Positions 18,790 through 25,941 of a DNA stretch of 57,156 nucleotides are shown here, in pieces. The notes beneath the pieces are model-generated. The model worked only from the letters and a program-made list of their open reading frames with translations. It was not told where the DNA came from and did no database searches. Position 1 is the first letter of the stretch, and each line of letters starts with the position of its first letter. Position numbers and translations under genes: made by a program. The DNA is from Candidatus Moranbacteria bacterium CG10_big_fil_rev_8_21_14_0_10_35_21 (GTDB lineage: Bacteria; Patescibacteriota; Minisyncoccia; Moranbacterales; UBA2206): NCBI GenBank assembly GCA_002773095.1, contig PFCG01000022.1, positions 1 through 57,156 of the forward strand, in the 5' to 3' direction.

Positions 18790-19623
18790 TTAATCGAAAT
18801 AAACATCCTCCTTTTTAGTTTTTTTGCCTACAAAAACTATGTTTTTTCCGGTTATCCAACACTTCTCCATTTGAAACCCCGCTTCTACAAACGTTTTCTC
18901 CAGCTCTTTTTTGGTAAAAGCGTGATGATACCTCATAAATAATTGCCCTTTATTATTTTTGAAGCTAACATAACAATCATTCCAATCTAAATCAGATTTT
19001 CCTCTAACTTTACTCAACCAATTTTTCAGAATATATTTGCAATATTTTCTTTTCCACAAATTCCAAACCGTAATAACGATTTTACCGTCCGGCTGCAAAA
19101 CTCGAAACAATTCTTTGACAGTGTTTTCTCTAATATCTTCACTAGGCAAATGATGAAAAACTGCGATAGAATAAATAGTATTGAAAAATCCTTCAGAAAG
19201 TGGCTCGCCCCGCACTAAACGTTGACTAATTTTCTCACTGGAGTATTCTTTTTCTATAGCTTCTACCTTACTATTTATATTTTTCTTTCTATTTGTAGCT
19301 TTAGTGCGGGGTAGAGTACTTGAACTGGATAGTTTTTGAAAGGCAATATCTTTTCCAAGATATTTCCCTTTGGCGATTTCAATCAATTTTCCAGAAATAT
19401 CCACCCCAAAATATTTTATAGTTTTGTTCGAAAATATTTCCAAAAGCCGTCCATTGCCACAACCAAAATCCAAAACTTTGTCTTCATTTTTGGCATAGTC
19501 CTGAATAAATTCCAACTCTGACCAGAAATTTTTTCGAGTTTCAGAAAACTTATCCGCGATCAAATCATATCCCGTTTCCGTTTCTAATAATATTTTCTCC
19601 GCTAATTCTTTTTTCATATGCAT
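18790..19623 (-). CDS. class I SAM-dependent methyltransferase (carries an in-frame palindromic insert)
   Basis: Motif I VLDFGCGNGRL and post-I FGVDIS. The start is either 19623 or the ATG at 19617. Confidence 0.75.
   Translation of the reverse strand: MHMKKELAEKILLETETGYDLIADKFSETRKNFWSELEFIQDYAKNEDKVLDFGCGNGRLLEIFSNKTIKYFGVDISGKLIEIAKGKYLGKDIAFQKLSSSSTLPRTKATNRKKNINSKVEAIEKEYSSEKISQRLVRGEPLSEGFFNTIYSIAVFHHLPSEDIRENTVKELFRVLQPDGKIVITVWNLWKRKYCKYILKNWLSKVRGKSDLDWNDCYVSFKNNKGQLFMRYHHAFTKKELEKTFVEAGFQMEKCWITGKNIVFVGKKTKKEDVYFD
19208..19311. repeat. ~104-nt element with perfect 12-nt terminal inverted repeat, in frame in the methyltransferase
   Basis: CCCCGCACTAAA at 19208..19219 and TTTAGTGCGGGG at 19300..19311. 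It encodes LPRTKATNRKKNINSKVEAIEKEYSSEKISQRLVRGE between conserved methyltransferase blocks. Confidence 0.6.
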
Positions 19624-21327
19624 AAATCCTACGACAAATTCATAAGATTAGCAATTAAAAGAAACCCGCAAAGCGCGGAGGATTTTTTAGCACTGAAAAA
19701 GGAATTATCGGGAAAATTCAAATTGCCAATGGATACCAACGCTAATATCCGAGAATACTATGAAAAAATGATCAAAAATCGCCAAATCAAGCGTCATTTA
19801 AAATTTGAGGAAATTTTGCAAAGCCGAAAAATACGCACCCAATCCGGTGTAGCTGTGGTGGCTGTGCTCACTAAACCCTCAGATTGCCCAGGAAAGTGTC
19901 TTTATTGCCCGACTGAAAAAGGAATGCCCAAAAGTTATCTTTCTAATGAGCCAGCCGTAATGCGCGCCATTGATGCCAAATTTAATCCCTATCTGCAAGT
20001 CCAAAATCGGCTTTATGCTTTAGAAATTAACGGACACAAGACCGACAAAATAGAATTGATTGTGATGGGAGGAACTTTTTCGTATTTTCCTAAAAAATAT
20101 CAGCAGTGGTTTATCACTGAATGTTTTCAAGCAGCCAATGAATATGATAGAAGAATTCACCATGTTAAATCTTCCGCTAAAGCGGAAATGCTCGAAGAGC
20201 AATTTAACAGGGCAAGCAAGCGCAATGAAACGGCCAAACACAGAATTATCGGACTAACACTAGAGACCAGACCTGATTATATTGATGAAAAAGAAATTTT
20301 AAATTTCCGCCATTTGGGTTGCACGCGAGTGGAATTAGGCGTGCAAAGTATTTTTAATTCGGTCCTCAAAAAAAATAATCGCGGTCATGATATCCAAAAA
20401 ACCATTGATGCCACTCGCCTTTTGAAAGACGCGGGATTTAAAATCAATTATCATATTATGCCAGGCCTTCTTGGATCCAGCTTGAAAAAGGATTATGAAA
20501 TGTTTCAAAAATTATTTTCTGATTCTGCCTTCCAACCGGATATGTTGAAAATTTATCCGACTGTGGTTTTGAAAAATTCCAAACTGTATAAAGTCTGGAA
20601 GCAAAAAAAATATATACCGCTCACTGACAAAAATTTTCAAAAGCTAGTAGTTAAAATAAAAAACGATTTGATTCCGCCATACGTCAGAATTTCTCGCTTG
20701 GTGCGTGATGTACCATCTACCTCCATCATTGCTGGACCAACAATTTCCAACTTACGCCAAATCATCGCCAAAGAATCTCGATGCCAATGCATCCGTTGCC
20801 GAGAAGTCCGCGCGAGTTACCCGCCCACATCCCGCTCTGGACGGGAAGTGTGTCGGGCAGGTGAAATAAAACTTAATCGTATCAATTACAAAGCTTCGGG
20901 CGGGAAAGAAATATTTTTACAATATGTCTCTCCTGACAAGAAAAAATTATTTGCTTTACTGCGACTAAGAATTCCGTCTTTCGCGTGTCATCCTGAGCGA
21001 GTGAAACGAGTCGAAGGATCTAATCCAATTAGATTCCTCGATTGCACTCGGAATGACAAATTATATGAATTATTACCAGCACTAAAAAACGCTGCTCTTA
21101 TCCGTGAAGTACATACCTATGGAAAAGTGACCGCGATTAATAAAAAAGATAAAACTTCTCCTCAACATATTGGTCTTGGGAAAAAATTGATGCTAGAAGC
21201 GGAAAAAATCGCCAGGAAAGAATTTAAATTAAATAAAATTGTAGTAATATCAGGTATCGGCGTGCGAGGTTATTACAAAAAATTAGGTTATCGACAAAAA
21301 GACACATATATGATAAAAAGTATTTAG
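19618..21327 (+). CDS. elp3: Elp3-family radical SAM + GNAT acetyltransferase (tRNA U34 modification type)
   Basis: RTQSGVAVVAVLTKPSDCPGKCLYCP radical-SAM cluster region. TIM-barrel blocks (IELIVMGGTF, RIIGLTLETRPD, GCTRVELGVQS). C-terminal GNAT (IREVHTYG...GLGKKLMLEAEKIA). Confidence 0.85.
   Translation: MHKSYDKFIRLAIKRNPQSAEDFLALKKELSGKFKLPMDTNANIREYYEKMIKNRQIKRHLKFEEILQSRKIRTQSGVAVVAVLTKPSDCPGKCLYCPTEKGMPKSYLSNEPAVMRAIDAKFNPYLQVQNRLYALEINGHKTDKIELIVMGGTFSYFPKKYQQWFITECFQAANEYDRRIHHVKSSAKAEMLEEQFNRASKRNETAKHRIIGLTLETRPDYIDEKEILNFRHLGCTRVELGVQSIFNSVLKKNNRGHDIQKTIDATRLLKDAGFKINYHIMPGLLGSSLKKDYEMFQKLFSDSAFQPDMLKIYPTVVLKNSKLYKVWKQKKYIPLTDKNFQKLVVKIKNDLIPPYVRISRLVRDVPSTSIIAGPTISNLRQIIAKESRCQCIRCREVRASYPPTSRSGREVCRAGEIKLNRINYKASGGKEIFLQYVSPDKKKLFALLRLRIPSFACHPERVKRVEGSNPIRFLDCTRNDKLYELLPALKNAALIREVHTYGKVTAINKKDKTSPQHIGLGKKLMLEAEKIARKEFKLNKIVVISGIGVRGYYKKLGYRQKDTYMIKSI
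20987..21057. repeat. 71-nt hairpin element (family A arms, no ORF) in frame in elp3
   Basis: GTCATCCTGAGCGAGTGAAACGAGTCGAAGGATCTAAT-CCA-ATTAGATTCCTCGATTGCACTCGGAATGAC. Encodes CHPERVKRVEGSNPIRFLDCTRND. Confidence 0.7.
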
Positions 21328-21348
21328 CTTTTAACTAAAAATAAATAT

Positions 21349-21741
21349 ATGAAAAAAATAATTGTTATATCTGGCCCAGTCATCGTAGAAGGAGATGATG
21401 TCCTTCTTAATCAGCATGGCGACACCAGTTTTTGGAAATTTTGCGGAGGCAAAGTAGAAGACTTTGAAACAGATCTAATTGAAAATGCCAAAAGAGAAGT
21501 GAGAGAAGAAATGGGGATTGAAATTGAAATTTTAGATTCTACTCCTTTTTTTCTCCACACCCTCAAAAAAACTCCAGAGGGCAACATTGATGTGATTTTG
21601 GTTCATTATTTAGCTAAAAGAATTGGAGAAATAAAACCTGGATCAGACATTAGAAAATGGGAATGGCTTGATATTAAAAATCTTCCCGACAATCTCGGAC
21701 CCAACATTACTCCTGCGCTCAAACACTTTAAATTTTTATAA
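21349..21741 (+). CDS. NUDIX hydrolase
   Basis: Nudix box GGKVEDFETDLIENAKREVREEMGIE. Confidence 0.85.
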   Translation: MKKIIVISGPVIVEGDDVLLNQHGDTSFWKFCGGKVEDFETDLIENAKREVREEMGIEIEILDSTPFFLHTLKKTPEGNIDVILVHYLAKRIGEIKPGSDIRKWEWLDIKNLPDNLGPNITPALKHFKFL

Positions 21742-21754
21742 TAAACTTTTTAGT

Positions 21755-21799
21755 CTATTCTACAGTTACACTTTTGGCCAAGTTTCTTGGCTTATCAAC
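21755..21799 (-). pseudogene. orphan second copy of the last 14 codons plus stop of glmS
   Basis: The reverse strand reads GTTGATAAGCCAAGAAACTTGGCCAAAAGTGTAACTGTAGAATAG = VDKPRNLAKSVTVE*. The peptide is identical to the real glmS C-terminus, and all differences are synonymous. Confidence 0.7.
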
Positions 21800-21838
21800 C
21801 CCGTAAAGTCGCAGAGCGACCACGGGGCACGCATCTAA

Positions 21839-23671
21839 TTATTCAACTGTAACACTTTTGGCTAGATTACGCGGTTTATCGACATCCAGTTTTTTGAGAA
21901 CTGCGATGTGATAGGCAAATAATTGCAAAGGAATGACGCTTAACAACGGCGTAAGCATTTCAAGTGTTTTGGGAATATAAATCACATCATCCGCGTGTTT
22001 TTTGATCTCTTTGTCGCCAACAGTTGCAATCGCGATAATTTTCCCGCCTCGCGCTTTAATTTCCTGCATACCGGATATATTTTTTTCATACACACTGTCT
22101 TTGGGAACAATAAAAATTGAAGGGAAATCTTTGTCGATAAGCGCAATCGGTCCGTGCTTCATTTCTCCTGATGGATAACCTTCAGCATGAACATAAGCTA
22201 TTTCTTTAATTTTCAAAGCGCCTTCCAAGGCAATCGGAAAATTATATTTTCTTCCCATATAGAGAAAGTCTTTATATTGAATATATTTTTTAGCTATTCT
22301 TTTTATTTCTACAGATTTTTTGATAATTTTCTCAATTAACTTGGGAATTTTTGCCATTTCCGATGCAATTCTTTTTCCCATCACAAAAGTCATATCTCTT
22401 TGCCTTCCCACCAATAAAGTTAAAAGAAGCAAAATAGAAACTTGTGAAGTAAAGGCCTTAGTAGACGCCACCCCAATTTCCGGTCCAGCATGGTTATATA
22501 TTCCAGCATCTGTTTCTCGCGCGATAGTAGAGCCAACGGTATTCACAATTCCCAAAGTCAGCGCCCCTTTATTTTTCGCTTCACGAATAGCTGCCAAAGT
22601 GTCTGCTGTTTCACCTGACTGAGAAATAGCCAGAACGGCGGTTCTTTCATTGAGTAAAGGTTTTCGATAACGAAATTCAGAAGCATATTCCACCTCCACT
22701 GGAATACCAGCATATTCCTCCAAAAAATATTCTCCCACCAATCCTGAATAATACGATGTCCCGCAACTCACAATCACTATTTTTTCCAAATGTCGTAGTT
22801 TTTCCGCCACATCTCTGAGCCCTCCGAGCTTCGCCATTCCATCAGCAACCACCAATCTTCCACTGATGGCAATTTGAATAGTTTCTGGTTGTTCAAAAAT
22901 TTCTTTCATCATAAAATGAGGGAACCCTGATTTTCGTGCTTGTTCCATTGACCAATCCAGCTTGGAAATTTTTTTGCTGATTTTTTTATTTTTAATATTA
23001 TTGACTTCATAATTATCTAGCGAAAGTTCCGCTACTTCTCCATCTTCCAGATAAATTACTTGATCAGTATGGCGAATGATGGCCGAAGCATCAGACGCAA
23101 TGACAAATTCTTTTTCTCCTACTCCCAGAAGTAATGGACTGCCAAGTCGAGCTACAATTATTTTTTCCGGCTCGTCTTGATTAATAATGGCTAATCCATA
23201 AGTTCCGCGAATTTTTTTAAGCGCTTCTAAAACTGCCTCCTTAAAATCTAACTTTTTATTAAATTCCTCAATAAGATGGACAATGATTTCACTGTCCGTT
23301 TCCGATTTAAATTTATGTCCATTTTTTAGAAGATAACTTTTCAGTTCCAAATAATTTTCAATAATGCCATTGTGCACTAAATGAATTTTTCCAGAGCAAT
23401 CACAGTGCGGATGAGAATTTTGGTCTGATGGTTTTCCGTGTGTGGCCCAGCGTGTGTGAGCAATACCAATGGTTCCCAAAATTTCTTTACTATCACTCAA
23501 CTTATTTTCCAGTTCCGCTACTTTTCCCACGGACTTTAAATTAATAATTTTTTTTCCATCAATAATAGAAACTCCGGCACTGTCATAGCCCCTGTATTCA
23601 AGCCTTTTTAATCCTTCAATTAAAATTGGAACGGCTTTTTGTTTTCCAATATAACCTATTATTCCACACAT
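21839..23671 (-). CDS. glmS: glutamine--fructose-6-phosphate aminotransferase
   Basis: MCGIIGY N-terminal nucleophile, two SIS domains and the canonical C-terminus ...DKPRNLAKSVTVE. Confidence 0.95.
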   Translation of the reverse strand: MCGIIGYIGKQKAVPILIEGLKRLEYRGYDSAGVSIIDGKKIINLKSVGKVAELENKLSDSKEILGTIGIAHTRWATHGKPSDQNSHPHCDCSGKIHLVHNGIIENYLELKSYLLKNGHKFKSETDSEIIVHLIEEFNKKLDFKEAVLEALKKIRGTYGLAIINQDEPEKIIVARLGSPLLLGVGEKEFVIASDASAIIRHTDQVIYLEDGEVAELSLDNYEVNNIKNKKISKKISKLDWSMEQARKSGFPHFMMKEIFEQPETIQIAISGRLVVADGMAKLGGLRDVAEKLRHLEKIVIVSCGTSYYSGLVGEYFLEEYAGIPVEVEYASEFRYRKPLLNERTAVLAISQSGETADTLAAIREAKNKGALTLGIVNTVGSTIARETDAGIYNHAGPEIGVASTKAFTSQVSILLLLTLLVGRQRDMTFVMGKRIASEMAKIPKLIEKIIKKSVEIKRIAKKYIQYKDFLYMGRKYNFPIALEGALKIKEIAYVHAEGYPSGEMKHGPIALIDKDFPSIFIVPKDSVYEKNISGMQEIKARGGKIIAIATVGDKEIKKHADDVIYIPKTLEMLTPLLSVIPLQLFAYHIAVLKKLDVDKPRNLAKSVTVE

Positions 23672-23676
23672 AAAAA

Positions 23677-25119
23677 TTAATTAAACTTTAAAAAAATTGA
23701 AATTAGAATGGAAGTTACCATGAAGGCTACTGCCAACCAACCAAAGAAAGAAACCCATTTTGGATTAGTTTCTGCTCCCATAATTTTTTTATTGTTTCCG
23801 ATAATGATGATAGCTATTAGTAAGGGCAAAGCAATTATTCCATTAATATAAGCTGAATAATATAAGGCCAGAATAGGATTAATATTAAGGAAATTAAATA
23901 ACATTCCAAAAAATATAGAAAAGGCAATTACTAAATAAAATCCTTTGGCCCGAGAAAATTTCATTTCTAACCCTTCCCTCCATTTCACTACTTCTGCAAT
24001 CGCATAAGCCCCTGATCCAGCTAAAATAGGAATGGCTAAGAGCCCGGTGCCGATTATACCTAAAGCGAAAAGAAGGTAAGCATATTCTCCAGCAAAGGGA
24101 CGTAATGCTTGGGCTGCCTGCTCAGCTGATTCAATATTATAAATACCGTTTTTAAATAAAACTTGGGCGGTAGTTAAAACAATAAAAAACATGGCTAAAT
24201 GAGCCAAAAGCATTCCTACAAAAACATCGGTTCTCATTTTTCTAATTCGGCTATGGATATGATGATTATTTTTTGAAGTTATTCCGGCTAATTTTCCTTC
24301 TTCCACTTCTTCTGAAGTTTGCCAAAAAAACATATAAGGAGTAATGGTGGTTCCAAAAATAGCTATCATAGCAAAAATATATTCTTTGTTAAAAACAATT
24401 TTAGGTACTAGAGCCTGGCTAAAAACCTGCCACCAATCAGGATGAATTATTATTCCCGTAATAATATAAGCAAAAATTGAGATAGTCAGCCATTTTAAAA
24501 ATTTTACATAAATATGATAACTAATAAAAATCTCACTTATAATAATAAAAATAGCGAATCCGGCTATGGCTACATAAAAATTAATATTTGAAAATAGTCG
24601 CAAAGAAGCAGCCATGGCTCCTAAATCTGCACCAATATTAATAATATTAGCAATCAATAAAAGAAAAATAATTCCAACCACTATGTTTTTTCGGTAATGT
24701 TTTTTCAGGACACCAGTTAGACCATGATTAGTAACAATGCCAATACGGGCACAAATTTCTTGAACGGCCAACATGATCGGAAAAAGCCAAACAGCCATCC
24801 AAATTATTGAAAGGCCAAACTTAGCTCCCACTGAAGAATAAGTTCCAATACCGCTAGGATCATCATTAGAGGCTCCCGTGATTAATCCTGGTCCTATAGC
24901 TTTCATGAAATAACGATATTTTTTTCTAGGATTTTTAAAGACCTCCTTTATTCTTAAAACTTCCGATTCGGCAATGTGAATGGTTCCGTCCATCGCTTTA
25001 ACAGCTGATATTTCTCCTTTAGTGATAAGTTTTCGAGCCACTACTAGAGGCAAGCCTACCTCTCGCCTAAATTCCGAGAGAGAATATTTTTTTTCTTGAT
25101 TTTGGTTTTCGTTTTCCAT
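23677..25119 (-). CDS. Nramp-family divalent metal transporter with an N-terminal excisionase/MerR-like HTH
   Basis: GPGLITGASNDDPSGIGTYS and about 11 hydrophobic spans. The first ~60 aa (YSLSEFRREVGLPLVVARKLITKGEISAVKAMDGTIHIAESEV) look like a small HTH domain. Confidence 0.7.
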   Translation of the reverse strand: MENENQNQEKKYSLSEFRREVGLPLVVARKLITKGEISAVKAMDGTIHIAESEVLRIKEVFKNPRKKYRYFMKAIGPGLITGASNDDPSGIGTYSSVGAKFGLSIIWMAVWLFPIMLAVQEICARIGIVTNHGLTGVLKKHYRKNIVVGIIFLLLIANIINIGADLGAMAASLRLFSNINFYVAIAGFAIFIIISEIFISYHIYVKFLKWLTISIFAYIITGIIIHPDWWQVFSQALVPKIVFNKEYIFAMIAIFGTTITPYMFFWQTSEEVEEGKLAGITSKNNHHIHSRIRKMRTDVFVGMLLAHLAMFFIVLTTAQVLFKNGIYNIESAEQAAQALRPFAGEYAYLLFALGIIGTGLLAIPILAGSGAYAIAEVVKWREGLEMKFSRAKGFYLVIAFSIFFGMLFNFLNINPILALYYSAYINGIIALPLLIAIIIIGNNKKIMGAETNPKWVSFFGWLAVAFMVTSILISIFLKFN

Positions 25120-25123
25120 TTAC

Positions 25124-25807
25124 TTAATTTAAAAATTTATCCAGATTTTTTTCCGCCTTTTCAATATCTTCAGGATAACCGACCGGTTGCCACATTTTAG
25201 CCGGGATTACTTTTATTTTAAAATCCTTGTTCATGCTAGTCAGTGTTTGTGGTAGACCATATTCCGTTTCACTAATTGGAACCAACGGATAATTGAAAAA
25301 ATCTTGATTAATCGCATAGGCTCCAATATTAGCTAAATTGCTTTTGGAAAATTTTGGTTTTTCAATAATTTCCATTAGTTGATTATTGGCATCTATTTTA
25401 AAAATTCCGAAACGAGTTGGATCTTCTACTCTGTAAGCTAAAACTGCTAGTTTTTCTTGAGCTAGTTTTTCTATATCTTTTTTATGGTAAAGATCATCTC
25501 CCATCAAAACTAAAAAATTATTTTTCAAAATAGAGCGACAAAGCTGAATACAACCCCCGGTTCCGTTCAATTTTTCTTGAAAAACATAAGTTATTTTTTT
25601 TCCTAAAAAATTGGAGCCAAAATATTCTTTTATCTGCTCGCCTAAATAACCAATGACGATTATTACTTCATCAACAGATTCCGGCAAAAAACTAATGGTG
25701 TATTCCAAGATAGGTTTTCCGTTAACCATTAACATGGGCTTGGGAATTTCATAAGTGAGCGGCCTCATTCTGGTCCCCTTCCCAGCGGCTAAAATTACTG
25801 CTTGCAT
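25124..25807 (-). CDS. sugar-phosphate nucleotidyltransferase
   Basis: MQAVILAAGKGTRMRPLT signature and the LMGDD motif. Confidence 0.8.
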   Translation of the reverse strand: MQAVILAAGKGTRMRPLTYEIPKPMLMVNGKPILEYTISFLPESVDEVIIVIGYLGEQIKEYFGSNFLGKKITYVFQEKLNGTGGCIQLCRSILKNNFLVLMGDDLYHKKDIEKLAQEKLAVLAYRVEDPTRFGIFKIDANNQLMEIIEKPKFSKSNLANIGAYAINQDFFNYPLVPISETEYGLPQTLTSMNKDFKIKVIPAKMWQPVGYPEDIEKAEKNLDKFLN

Positions 25808-25808
25808 A

Positions 25809-25936
25809 CCCAGTAGTAGAAATTCAAATGAGCTTCAGCTCAAAAGAATTTTTTAAAAATTAATTATTATAACTATTTTAATATTTTTTACTATTTGATA
25901 CCAATGTATTACTTTCTTTGAATTTTCACTACTGGG
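25809..25936. repeat. 128-bp MITE-like element filling the leuS / nucleotidyltransferase spacer
   Basis: Terminal inverted repeat CCCAGTAGTAGAAATTCAAA (25809..25828) and TTTGAATTTTCACTACTGGG (25917..25936), 18 of 20 complementary. The interior is AT-rich and ORF-less, with the small hairpin TGAGCT-TC-AGCTCA. Confidence 0.5.
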
Positions 25937-25941
25937 CATAA

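Noticed and set aside
23672-23676. A glmS ribozyme upstream of glmS, or a metal riboswitch upstream of the Nramp gene.
   Set aside because: The spacers are only 5 nt (glmS) and 4 nt (Nramp). There is no room for a structured leader, and the genes are evidently co-transcribed.
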